DNA from: an uncultured Ruminiclostridium sp.
GTDB taxonomy: Bacteria > Bacillota > Clostridia > Oscillospirales > Ruminococcaceae
DNA: 64,000 nt
Direction: 5' to 3'
Assembly: GCA_947627695.1 (NCBI GenBank)
Contig: CANQXF010000010.1
Span: 19,192-83,191 of the forward strand
In this document: positions 9,893 to 18,811 of the stretch, piece after piece
Position numbering within the stretch: the stretch's first letter is position 1
Layout: each line of letters begins with the position of its first letter
Made by a program: the position numbers and the translations under genes
Notes under the pieces: generated by a model
Seen by the model: only the letters and a program-made list of their open reading frames with translations
Told to the model about the DNA's origin: nothing
Database searches by the model: none

Positions 9893-10237
9893 ATGATCCT
9901 TACCATTGAAGAGTATAAAAATATGGGATTTGAGGGCGGGGAGGACGAAAGCGCCTGTGAAAAGGCGATCACAAGGGCGGAAAACCTTGTGGCGCTCCTT
10001 TGCGGCGGCAGTCTTGATAGCTTCGGCGAAAGCGCAGTCCCTTGCTTAAAGCAGGCGATAGCCGCCCAGGCGGAGGAGTATTTGCTGAACGGCGGTCAGC
10101 CCGTGTCGGGAAAAACCACGGTGGGCGACTTTTCCTATTCCGCCGAGGAAAGCGGCGGCACTGCCGTAAGCCCGCTGACTATGACCGTCCTGAAGCTGGG
10201 CGGACTTTACTGCTGCGCTGTGGAGGGAAGAAGATGA
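9893..10237 (+). CDS. Head-tail connector/adaptor protein
   Basis: 114 aa directly after capsid; YxxMGF, KQAIAAQAEY, TVGDFSYS pattern. Confidence 0.7.
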   Translation: MILTIEEYKNMGFEGGEDESACEKAITRAENLVALLCGGSLDSFGESAVPCLKQAIAAQAEEYLLNGGQPVSGKTTVGDFSYSAEESGGTAVSPLTMTVLKLGGLYCCAVEGRR

Positions 10238-10566
10238 ATATCCTGCCTATACCCAGACGCCTGCTCACCGACAGTGCCGTTCTGCTTGTCCCCGAGGGAA
10301 AGGAGACCTTTGGGGACAGATACGGCGAGGTGGAGCTGGAAAACGTTCGCATCTGCTTTGAGAGGAAAGTCCGCCTCAGCGGGCACGACACTGTTCCCTC
10401 TTCGGGAGGAACGCTGTATTTCGACTGCCGTAATTCCTCCCCCATAAATACCCGCTTTGACACCAAGATGAAGCTGAAGATAGGTGAAAACCGCTTTCAC
10501 ATAGCCGCCGCAAAGCCTGTCAAGGGGGAAAGTGAGGTCCATCATTGGGAAATAACCTTTGTGTAA
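10234..10566 (+). CDS. Head closure / A118-type minor capsid protein
   Basis: ATGA overlap with upstream stop; IPRRLLTDS...LYFDCRNS...VHHWEITFV pattern. Confidence 0.65.
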   Translation: MNILPIPRRLLTDSAVLLVPEGKETFGDRYGEVELENVRICFERKVRLSGHDTVPSSGGTLYFDCRNSSPINTRFDTKMKLKIGENRFHIAAAKPVKGESEVHHWEITFV

Positions 10567-10575
10567 GGAGCAGAT

Positions 10576-10905
10576 ATGGATATCGTAACAGTGACGCTGA
10601 ACCTCTCCTCCACCCTGAAAAAGCTGGGAATGAAAGCGGTAAAGGCGCAGCTTGCCCTGTCCCAGACCGCCTTTGAGGACTGCAACAAATACTGCAAGGT
10701 GGACACGGGAAAGCTGCAAAACAGCGGCAAGGTGGACAAGGTGACGGGAATAATGACCTGGACCGCCCCTTACGCCCGAAACGCCTACTACACCGGTGCG
10801 CCCAACAAAACAAAAAATCCCCTTGCCTCTCTTATGTGGGCGCACAAGGCGGCGGAGGTGAACAGGGAGAAGTGGCGGGGGATAGTCGCGGACAGTTTGA
10901 AGTGA
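10576..10905 (+). CDS. A118-type minor capsid / tail completion protein
   Basis: 109 aa; DCNKYCKVDTGKLQNS, WTAPYARNAYY, WAHKA motifs. Confidence 0.7.
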   Translation: MDIVTVTLNLSSTLKKLGMKAVKAQLALSQTAFEDCNKYCKVDTGKLQNSGKVDKVTGIMTWTAPYARNAYYTGAPNKTKNPLASLMWAHKAAEVNREKWRGIVADSLK

Positions 10906-10925
10906 AAAGCAAACAGGCGGGAAAA

Positions 10926-11312
10926 AGTGTACAGTGTACAGTTGACAGTTGACAGTTGTGGAGTCCGCTTCGCGGACGGATTAGGATTGCCGCCTGCAAA
11001 TCAGCACCTGTCACTTTAAATCCGTTTTTCGCCAAAGGCGAAAAACTCCACAACTTTACACTGTACACTGTCAACTGAGAAATAGTGTACAGTTGACAGT
11101 TGTGGTATCCTGTACTTTCGGCAAGCCGAAAGTACGATCCAACATTGCTTGGATTGCCCTAAAGGCAATCCATATTGCTCCGCAATACCGCAATATTGGA
11201 CGCCTTCGGCGATGGATTAGGATTGCCGTCTGCAAATTTGTACCTGTCATTTCAAATCCGTCCGCGCAGCGGACACCACAACTGTACACTGTCAACTGTC
11301 AACTGTCAACTG
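10926..11312. repeat. Two tandem heptamer-bounded cassettes (family A)
   Basis: (GTGTACA/GTTGACA)n-GTTGTGG...CCACAAC-(TGTCAAC/TGTACAC)n with internal hairpins; followed by GGGGG RBS and ATG at 11329. Confidence 0.85.
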
Positions 11313-11328
11313 CTAAATTGGGGGTTTT

Positions 11329-11700
11329 ATGTTCAACACATCAACACTTATGAAAGATCTTACGTCCTTGCTGTCACAGAGCCTTTCCCTTACCGTCAGC
11401 GCTGACAGGGCGGACGAGGAGTGCATGACCCTGCGGTTTTGCGGCGGGGATTATGACGAGGTATTTCTGGACAGCGGGAAAAAAGCAAGGATACCCCTTT
11501 TGCTGCTGTCAAAGAGCATTGACGGCGAAAAGGCACTGAAGGAGCTTTGCAAAGCGCTGGATATTCTGGAAAAACAGCCGCCCGACGGCGTTATGCAGGT
11601 GAAGCTCTCCTCCCTGCCCGAATTGGTGGACAGGGGCGAGGACGGCGCGCTGTATGAGGCGCAGGCAGAGCTTTTCTGCTATCAGACTGCCGAGGGGTGA
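11329..11700 (+). CDS. Tail terminator-like / minor capsid protein
   Basis: 123 aa; position before tail tube; acidic C-terminal DRGEDGALYEAQ. Confidence 0.55.
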   Translation: MFNTSTLMKDLTSLLSQSLSLTVSADRADEECMTLRFCGGDYDEVFLDSGKKARIPLLLLSKSIDGEKALKELCKALDILEKQPPDGVMQVKLSSLPELVDRGEDGALYEAQAELFCYQTAEG

Positions 11701-11711
11701 AAGGAGTTTTT

Positions 11712-12146
11712 ATGATTTTGCTGAACAATGAGATAAAAGCGTATCTCAAAATAGGCGGCAACGACGAGGAGCCTGTCTGGGGCGATCTGGGCAAGGCGTT
11801 CAAGTCGGTGTCCCAAAGCCTTGGCGAGAGCAAGTACACCGCCGCATATCTTGCGGACGGCGGCTTTTCCTCAAGCGAGGTGACGGGGCTGAGCTTTCAG
11901 CTCACCCTGACGGGGGATTATATGAAAAACGACCCCGTGATAAAGTATCTTTTCTCCGAAGCCGTCCTTTACGGCACGGGAGAAGCCCGCAAAAGCAAGC
12001 TGAAATTAGTCCGTGACGGGACGCAGATACTCTGGAGCGTCACTATGACCAAGATATCCGAGGACGGCGGCGACGCGGACGAGCCTGACGAGGTAACGCT
12101 TGAGCTTTCGGGCAACGGAAAGCCCGCCGTTTCGGAGGCTGAATGA
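11712..12146 (+). CDS. Major tail (tube) protein
   Basis: ATG at 11712 after AAGGAG; WGDLGKAFKSVSQS...YLADGG...TGLSFQLTLTGD...LSGNGKP pattern. Confidence 0.7.
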   Translation: MILLNNEIKAYLKIGGNDEEPVWGDLGKAFKSVSQSLGESKYTAAYLADGGFSSSEVTGLSFQLTLTGDYMKNDPVIKYLFSEAVLYGTGEARKSKLKLVRDGTQILWSVTMTKISEDGGDADEPDEVTLELSGNGKPAVSEAE

Positions 12147-12484
12147 TGAAATTGCGCCGAAAAACGTTCACCCAGCATATACGGCTGGGCAAAACAAGGC
12201 TGACGGCGGAGATAGACCCCGAAATGGCGCTTTGCTCGATGAAAGCGGCGGCGGAGCGTGCGGGGCAGCTTGAGGACCCCGCCGCCCTCTGCGGTGAGGC
12301 GGCGCAGCTTTTCACGGATATTTTCGGGGAGGAAAATGCAAGGGCGTTGCTCTCCTTTTATGGTGGCAAGGCGGGGGAAACGGCGCTGCGCCTTATGCCC
12401 TTGCTGCTGGGGAAGATACTCCGCAAGGCGGCAAGGCGGGAGAAGAGGGAGCAGAAGAGAATAGCGAGGACGTTTGTAAGGTGA
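12143..12484 (+). CDS. Tail assembly chaperone (putative)
   Basis: 113 aa, ATGA overlap; IFGEENARALLSFYGG; lies after tail tube. Confidence 0.55.
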   Translation: MMKLRRKTFTQHIRLGKTRLTAEIDPEMALCSMKAAAERAGQLEDPAALCGEAAQLFTDIFGEENARALLSFYGGKAGETALRLMPLLLGKILRKAARREKREQKRIARTFVR

Positions 12485-12744
12485 AGAAGCGGGGGACGCT
12501 GAATAAGGAGCGAGTTATCGTTTTTTAATGCAATGTGCTTGTGAATTTTGACCGTTAAGCGTTCGGAATATGTTGTTTTGCCTTGTGCTTATCTTTATGC
12601 CTGCTCCTACGAGGGGCGGCGAAGCCGCCTTTTGTTCGGGCGAAGCCCGAACAAAAGCACTGATTTTGCTTCGCAAAATCAGTGAGTCGGAGCGCCTTTG
12701 GCGCTCCGACTGCGGCTTCGCCGCCCCTGACAAGCAGGCGGGAA

Positions 12745-12901
12745 AGTTAAAAGTGAAAAGTGCAAAATACACAATAGTGGAATTCGCTCCGCAGATGGAT
12801 TAGGATTGACTCCTGCAAATCAGCACCTGTCATTTCGAATCTGTTTTTCGCCAACGGCGAAAAACTCCACAACTATAAACTATCAACTATTAACTGTCAA
12901 C
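12745..12901. repeat. Heptamer-bounded cassette (family A), adjoining family B copy 12613-12737
   Basis: GTTAAAA-GTGAAAA-GTGCAAA...CCACAAC-TATAAAC-TATCAAC-TATTAAC-TGTCAAC. Confidence 0.8.
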
Positions 12902-12947
12902 TGCAACCCTTGCTGCTTTGCAGCAAGGGTTGCACGGGGGTGATACT

Positions 12948-13562
12948 TTGAAGAATTTGTGGAAATATTTCGGCAGGGGACTTCCTCCCTGCAAGGCGGG
13001 AGCGTTCTCCGTCAACACCAATGCGGGGGACGTGCTGAGAGCGTTATCTGTGATAGACGAGGACAGCCTTTGGGAAGACGTAAAGGTGAAATATGCCCTG
13101 CGGCTTTTGCTGAAGCCTTTGGGGAGGATCGCCGCTTTCTTCCTGCCGAAAAGAAAAAAGGCGGAGCTCCTGAACAAGGCGCTTTCCACTCTTTCCCCCA
13201 AGGGCGGAAAAGGCGGCGGCAGGCGCACCCTCTCCCTCACTTGCGACAGCGGACTTATCTATACCGCACTGCTCCAAAGCTACGGCATTGATATTCTGCG
13301 GGAGAAGGTGGATTTTCGGCTGCTGCCCCTGCTGGCGGCGGGAGCAGGTGAAGATACCCTGCTCCACCGTGTCGTTGAGATTCGCACGGCGGAAATTCCC
13401 CCTGCGGGAAAAGCTCCCGCCGAATATATCAGTCGACTTTCCCGCCTGAAGGCAATATACGCCCTGCCCGAGGAAAGCGGCTTTCAGAACGGAATGAACA
13501 GGCTTTTTGACAGCCTTGCCCGCGGCGGCGCAGAAAGGAACTCACAATGGACGGACAAATAG
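12948..13562 (+). CDS. Bacteriophage Gp15-like tail chaperone
   Basis: TTG start after GGGGG; DSGLIYTALLQSYGIDIL...EDTLLHRVVEIR matches A118 gp15 pattern. Confidence 0.7.
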   Translation: MKNLWKYFGRGLPPCKAGAFSVNTNAGDVLRALSVIDEDSLWEDVKVKYALRLLLKPLGRIAAFFLPKRKKAELLNKALSTLSPKGGKGGGRRTLSLTCDSGLIYTALLQSYGIDILREKVDFRLLPLLAAGAGEDTLLHRVVEIRTAEIPPAGKAPAEYISRLSRLKAIYALPEESGFQNGMNRLFDSLARGGAERNSQWTDK

Positions 13563-14296
13563 TATATCAGGTGAAGGTGGACAGCAGCAGAGTCCCCTCC
13601 GACCTGAACATGGCGGCAAGCCTGATAAATAACGGAACCAAAACGCTGGTGACCTTGGGTCAGCAGGCGGCAGCGAGGATAGGCAGCGCCCTTTCCTCCT
13701 TCTTCGCCGCAGAGGGGAACAAAATGAACGGTATGCTTTCATCTCTTTCAGGTGGCTTTAATATGCTGTCGGGAAGCACGGCGTCTGCTGCGGCGTCCCT
13801 TTCCCCTCTTACTCAAGGTATAAATTACCTGCTGTCTCTTGATCTGAACAGGCTGCTGTCCTTCTTCACACAGATGGGCAGTGCGGCCGTCAGCAAGGGG
13901 GCGGCGCAGGTCGCGTCTATCGGACTTGGCACTATGACGAAAAAAAGAAACGGTATGCAGTCTCAGCTTAATTCCGTGCCCACCTACCGAAGCGGCAAGG
14001 AGTATATCGACAGGGATAAGTACGCCTATCTCCATAAGGGAGAGGCGGTGCTTACCGCTGCGGAAAACCAGACCTTCCGTTCCCTGGGCGGACTGGAGGG
14101 ACTGTCCCTGCTGTGGGAGGGCGGAACGACGCCAATGCCTGCCCCTCCTCCCTCTCAGGGAGAAATAAGCGTACCTGTTCCCCAGCCGCAGAACGTGAAC
14201 GTGACCGTCGAGCTGGACGGCTACCAGATGGCAAAGGTGATGGCGACTGCCACCAACGAGCTGAACAGACAGCTTAATACGAGAGTAGTCAGGTAG
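13547..14296 (+). CDS. Miniature tape measure protein
   Basis: 249 aa; N-terminal DGQIVYQV, Ala/Ser/Gly-rich core, C-terminal YAYLHKGEAVLTAAEN and VTVELDG motifs typical of TMP ends. Confidence 0.65.
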   Translation: MDGQIVYQVKVDSSRVPSDLNMAASLINNGTKTLVTLGQQAAARIGSALSSFFAAEGNKMNGMLSSLSGGFNMLSGSTASAAASLSPLTQGINYLLSLDLNRLLSFFTQMGSAAVSKGAAQVASIGLGTMTKKRNGMQSQLNSVPTYRSGKEYIDRDKYAYLHKGEAVLTAAENQTFRSLGGLEGLSLLWEGGTTPMPAPPPSQGEISVPVPQPQNVNVTVELDGYQMAKVMATATNELNRQLNTRVVR

Positions 14297-14298
14297 AT

Positions 14299-14890
14299 GA
14301 CAGTTAAAAGTTAAGAGTGCAAAGTGCACAGTTGTGGATTTTTTGCTGCGCAAAAAAGATTAGGATTGCCGCCTGCAAATCAGCACCTGTCAATCAAAAT
14401 CCGTCCGCGAAGCGGACACCACAACTTTACACTGTACACTGTACACTTTACACTGTCAACTGCCAGCGGGCGTTTTGCCTTGTGCTTATCTTTATGCCTG
14501 CTCCTACGAGGGGCGGGACAGTTAAAAGTTAAGAGTGCAAAGTGCACAGTTGTGGATTTTTTGCTGCGCAAAAAAGATTAGGATTGCCGCCTGCAAATCA
14601 GCACCTGTCAATCAAAATCCGTCCGCGAAGCGGACACCACAACTTTACACTGTACACTGTACACTTTACACTGTCAACTGCCAGCGGGCGTTTTGCCTTG
14701 TGCTTATCTTTATGCCTGCTCCTACGAGGGGCGGGACAGTTAAAAGTTAAGAGTGCAAAGTGCACAGTTGTGGATTTTTTGCTGCGCAAAAAAGATTAGG
14801 ATTGCCGCCTGCAAATCAGCACCTGTCAATCAAAATCCGTCCGCGAAGCGGACACCACAACTGTCAACTGTACACTGTACACTGTCAACT
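14299..14890. repeat. Tandem 218-bp repeat (~2.7 copies) of a family A cassette
   Basis: Unit starts GACAGTTAAAAG at 14299, 14517, 14735; first two units identical. Confidence 0.92.
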
Positions 14891-14907
14891 GCTAAATTGG
14901 GGGTTTT

Positions 14908-15261
14908 ATGACAACAGATATTTATTTCGGGGACTACAAGCTCCCCTCGCTGATAAGCTATTCTGCGGACAGAGAGTGCCGCAACACAAAAAAGGAGTAC
15001 AACGCCGACGGCGACTTGCTGATAGATATGGTCTCCCGCAAGCTGAAGCTGACCCTTTCGCTGGGAAGATTGACATCGGAGCAGATGAAAGAGATACAGA
15101 CGGCGACACAGCCCGTGTTCTTTCCCGTCACCTTTTTCGACCCGCTGAAAGGGGAGACCTCCACCGCATATTTCCACCTGTCCGAACAGCCCGCACAGCT
15201 TGTCCCGTCAGGCGGGGGCGGAGCTTTCGACAGCCTGAAGCTGGTGCTGGAGGAAAAATAA
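14908..15261 (+). CDS. Distal-tail-like phage protein
   Basis: 117 aa after TMP; GDLLIDMVSRKLKLTLS, VTFFDP pattern. Confidence 0.6.
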   Translation: MTTDIYFGDYKLPSLISYSADRECRNTKKEYNADGDLLIDMVSRKLKLTLSLGRLTSEQMKEIQTATQPVFFPVTFFDPLKGETSTAYFHLSEQPAQLVPSGGGGAFDSLKLVLEEK

Positions 15262-15299
15262 CCGCCGCTTGCACGGCGTAAAACGTCAACGGAGGAACG

Positions 15300-17243
15300 A
15301 TGCTTAATATAACCGACAAATTCAGGGAGCTTGCCACGGCGGGCGGCAGACAGCCCTTCTGCGTCATCAGGGCGGGGGAAAAGACCTTCCTTGACGACAG
15401 CATAAAGTCCTTTCAGTTTCAGGAGGTGATATTCCCTGAGGAGCTGACCTTTGGCGCGGCCTGCTCGGGCAGATTTCACTTTGAGCTGGAAACGGCGGAG
15501 AATATCCCCCTTTCCGCCGAGATAAGACCGTATATCGGCTTCGGGGAATATTCCGAGGACGCAGAGCTTTGCCCGCTGGGAGTTTTTTGCATATCAAAGC
15601 GTTACAGGCGGAGGAACAGCTATTCCGTCACCTGTTACGACAGAATGTACCGCCTTGAGGACAAGTATAAAAGCGAGCTTGCCTTTCCCACCACCTCTGA
15701 CAAGCTGTTGGAGGAGATATGCGAAAAGTACGGTCTGGAATTTCAGGGGGACGCAGGCAGTAACTCCTGCGAAAAAATGCCCGCAGACGAAAGCGTAAGG
15801 AATATTCTGGGCTATCTGGCGGGACTGGAGGGAGCCTGCGCAGTTTTCGACAGATACGGCAGGCTTTGCTTCAGAAAGATGACGGACAGCGGCTTTCGCA
15901 TAACGCGGAGCAATTACGCCTCTCTTGATTTGAAGCAGGACCCTATGACCGTTGAGAAGATAGAGATAGACAACGGCGGGGACGAGCTGATAGAAAAGGG
16001 GGAAGGCACCAAGCTGGGGACGTACAGGATATACGACCCCTTTGCAAGTCAGCGTACCGCAGAAAAGCTGTACACTATGTACGGCGGCTTCACCTATTAT
16101 GGGCTGGAACTGGATATGCAGGGACTTCCCTTCCTTGAGGCGGGGGATATAATCACCGTGCAGAACGATTGCGACGACGGGCTTTTCACCGCCGTCATAG
16201 GCGAGCTTAACTTCACCTACAACGGCAGCTTCTGGCTCACCCTTTCCTCCAAGTCCAAAAATCCCGTGCAGGATTCGGAGGACGCTGAAACGCAGGAGGA
16301 GCAGTTCCAGCAGATGACCAAGTCCCTCAGCACCGTATATTACAATTATCGCAGCGAAAGGGACGTCACTGTGGGCGAAAATCTCACAAGCGTTGCAGAG
16401 GTGGATCTTGAGGTGCTGGAGGAGACCTCGGCGGTGCTGGCGGCTCAGCTTGTGGCAGAGCCGAAAAGCGACTGCCTGCTCACCCTTTCATACACGGTGG
16501 AGGATCTGGAAACGCCTCCTGAGATAACGGCCTCGCTGAAAGAGGGGGAGCATTTCCCTATCTGCCTGCACAACTTCTTTTCCGCCATTCCCGCAGGGTA
16601 TATCACAGTAAGGATATACGCCAAAGCTGAGGGAGGAACGGTGCTGTTCAGAAAGGGAAAGATAATCGCCACCGTAAGCGGTCAGCACCTTGCGGAAAAC
16701 GCTCTTAACCGTTCGCCCAACAGGACGATATATCAGAGCTTCGCACCCTTTGCGATACAGGCATCGAAATTTCAGTTCCCTATGCAGGAGCATCTTCTTC
16801 CCTCGCTTCAGATACCGGTGGGAATTACGCCGAAAGAAAGCGTTGCTTTGCGGATGTACGAATACAAGGTCTGCTTCGGGATCTGCGACAGCCTTATAGT
16901 GCCGAAAAGCGTACAAAAAGCGGAAATATATTCTCAGGACAACGTGATGTACGCCCGCCTTACCTTTTTCAACCCCATATTCACACAGGACGCCGCCCTG
17001 CTTGCCCCCGCCTTTAAGATACTTGCCGTATTCACCGAGGAGCAGGAGGAGCATAGCGTGACTGACGCAGTATGGGACGGCAACACCGAACTCGTTCTCA
17101 CCGTGGACGGAATGTTTGTGGGAGCTTCGCAGATACGGGTGCTTTATGAAAGCGCAAAGGGCGATATGACAGACGAATTTTCGGGTGAAAAATTAGACGA
17201 CTTTGATATCACCGCCGAGGCGGGAAAGGAGAATGTAGTATGA
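15300..17243 (+). CDS. Phage tail/baseplate protein
   Basis: 647 aa; LTFGAACS, PLGVFCI, VTCYDRMYRL, GLPFLEAGDIITV motifs of clostridial tail proteins. Confidence 0.7.
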   Translation: MLNITDKFRELATAGGRQPFCVIRAGEKTFLDDSIKSFQFQEVIFPEELTFGAACSGRFHFELETAENIPLSAEIRPYIGFGEYSEDAELCPLGVFCISKRYRRRNSYSVTCYDRMYRLEDKYKSELAFPTTSDKLLEEICEKYGLEFQGDAGSNSCEKMPADESVRNILGYLAGLEGACAVFDRYGRLCFRKMTDSGFRITRSNYASLDLKQDPMTVEKIEIDNGGDELIEKGEGTKLGTYRIYDPFASQRTAEKLYTMYGGFTYYGLELDMQGLPFLEAGDIITVQNDCDDGLFTAVIGELNFTYNGSFWLTLSSKSKNPVQDSEDAETQEEQFQQMTKSLSTVYYNYRSERDVTVGENLTSVAEVDLEVLEETSAVLAAQLVAEPKSDCLLTLSYTVEDLETPPEITASLKEGEHFPICLHNFFSAIPAGYITVRIYAKAEGGTVLFRKGKIIATVSGQHLAENALNRSPNRTIYQSFAPFAIQASKFQFPMQEHLLPSLQIPVGITPKESVALRMYEYKVCFGICDSLIVPKSVQKAEIYSQDNVMYARLTFFNPIFTQDAALLAPAFKILAVFTEEQEEHSVTDAVWDGNTELVLTVDGMFVGASQIRVLYESAKGDMTDEFSGEKLDDFDITAEAGKENVV

Positions 17244-18655
17244 TAAAGGGAAAAAGCACCGTACAGCTTTTCGATGCAAAGACGGGAAAGCAGATTTCCA
17301 GTCAGACAAATTCCAATATGGTAACAAATGCGATAGAGACAATCGCGAATAATAAAGACGATCTGGATCTTCTCAAGTGGGAAAGGATATCTGCCGGTGA
17401 TGTTTCAAACCTGGTGTCCGTCTCTCCCCTGCCTGCGATGATGCCCATCGCACAAAAGGCAATGTCGGGGGTTCTGCTGTGGGACGAGAATATAACTGAG
17501 GATCCCTCAATAGTTATCAAGCCTGATAAAATACACGAGGTAGGGCACGCAGGATCGCCTTACAGCGGCACGGATATTTACAAAGGCAGCTACAACGAAA
17601 ACGAAAGCGGGGCAATAGAGGGCGGTTATCGTCACGTCTGGGACTTTGACACCGACAAGGCAAACGGCACGATAAAATGCATTTCCCTCACATCACAAAA
17701 CGGCGGGAACATAGGGTATCATCTGTACAGCGACTCCAGCACAAAGCCGATTTATAATCAGAAATATTTCCATTCCTCAAACTATTATATTTCCCCTCAC
17801 TATAACAATAATTATGTGGAATATACGGGAGATACGAAGGGAAGATGCTTTTATATAAAGAAGCTGGAAGGTGAAGGGATCAGAATATATAAAAGGCTTA
17901 ACACAGATCTGTATTACAGCGACGTTCATCATCTGGCAAGTATACTTTCGATAACTCAGGAGCGCACTCCCGCTATGGAAAAGGCGGTGCGTCTTCCCAT
18001 AACACTGATAAGCAGTAATGATTCGGTGTATGTCCACGACGGAAAAATAAATGAAATAAACGTTACGGGTACTACCCTTCGTCATCTGACTTTTGATCTT
18101 GAGGGAAAGAACCTTTCCGACAAAACAGTAAATCTGCCGTTTTCAATAAGGCACATTTTCTCGCCTGCCGTATACAGGGACGGATATTATTACTGCGTAG
18201 GACAGAATGAAACCAACGGAGAAGTAAAAAAAGTAGACTCCGAGGGCAACCTGATATCCACCATATTACCTGACGTTCAAAAAAAATCTGTTGTTGCGTC
18301 GGGCATTGCGATGAATGATTTCTCGGGAGAAATTATATACTCCTTTGTCAGCACCAGCTATGTCAGTGAGTTGAACGTTCTGATAATAGACAGCGAGGAC
18401 CACAGTCATTGGACGACGACAGGCTCTATGGTGACGCCTTATTCGGGAACGCATAGCAGCCCATATCAAGCTCAGGTCATACAGCTTGATAATATGAAAA
18501 CGCCGTTTTTGCTTGCCAGCGACGGTTACTATGCTTTCAAAGCATATCCGTTCATAAATTCGTGCTATCTTGCCACGATAAACAATCTTCAAACCCCTAT
18601 CGTCAAAACCTCCGCCCAGACGATGAAGATAACCTACGAAATTTACGACGAATAA
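17240..18655 (+). CDS. Tail fibre / receptor-binding-like protein
   Basis: 471 aa, ATGA overlap; conserved ends (NMVTNA, GSYNENESG, VWDFDTDKANGTI; YLATINNLQTPIVKTSAQTMKITY) around an aromatic beta-rich core; visibly more AT-rich than upstream genes. Confidence 0.6.
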   Translation: MIKGKSTVQLFDAKTGKQISSQTNSNMVTNAIETIANNKDDLDLLKWERISAGDVSNLVSVSPLPAMMPIAQKAMSGVLLWDENITEDPSIVIKPDKIHEVGHAGSPYSGTDIYKGSYNENESGAIEGGYRHVWDFDTDKANGTIKCISLTSQNGGNIGYHLYSDSSTKPIYNQKYFHSSNYYISPHYNNNYVEYTGDTKGRCFYIKKLEGEGIRIYKRLNTDLYYSDVHHLASILSITQERTPAMEKAVRLPITLISSNDSVYVHDGKINEINVTGTTLRHLTFDLEGKNLSDKTVNLPFSIRHIFSPAVYRDGYYYCVGQNETNGEVKKVDSEGNLISTILPDVQKKSVVASGIAMNDFSGEIIYSFVSTSYVSELNVLIIDSEDHSHWTTTGSMVTPYSGTHSSPYQAQVIQLDNMKTPFLLASDGYYAFKAYPFINSCYLATINNLQTPIVKTSAQTMKITYEIYDE

Positions 18656-18659
18656 GGGC

Positions 18660-18688
18660 TTGCTTTTTCGGCGGGATTGTGTTATACT
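18660..18688 (+). promoter_or_regulatory. Sigma-A promoter of tRNA-Arg
   Basis: TTGCTT-17 bp-TATACT with extended -10 TG. Confidence 0.7.
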
Positions 18689-18730
18689 GTTAAAGCAGTA
18701 AAAAAAGGGATCGTTCAGCGATCCCGATAA

Positions 18731-18805
18731 GCCTCCATAGTTAAACGGATATAACAAACCCCTCCTAAGGGTTAGTTATCGGTTCGATTCCGGTTGGGGG
18801 TGCCA
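18731..18805 (+). tRNA. tRNA-Arg(CCT)
   Basis: Cloverleaf: acceptor GCCTCCA/TGGGGGT, anticodon arm AACCC-CTCCTAA-GGGTT, T-loop GGTTCGATTCC, encoded CCA. Confidence 0.93.
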
Positions 18806-18811
18806 CTGCAT

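Noticed and set aside
14299-14890. CRISPR array
   Set aside because: Units are 218-bp identical tandem copies with no unique spacers, and no cas genes are in the window
15300-18655. Diversity-generating retroelement targeting the tail fibre
   Set aside because: No reverse transcriptase and no template/variable repeat pair visible
18731-18805. tRNA as attB/attR of an integrated prophage
   Set aside because: No integrase, the cluster is 5' of an intact tRNA and promoter, and no duplicate of the tRNA 3' end is seen at the other boundary
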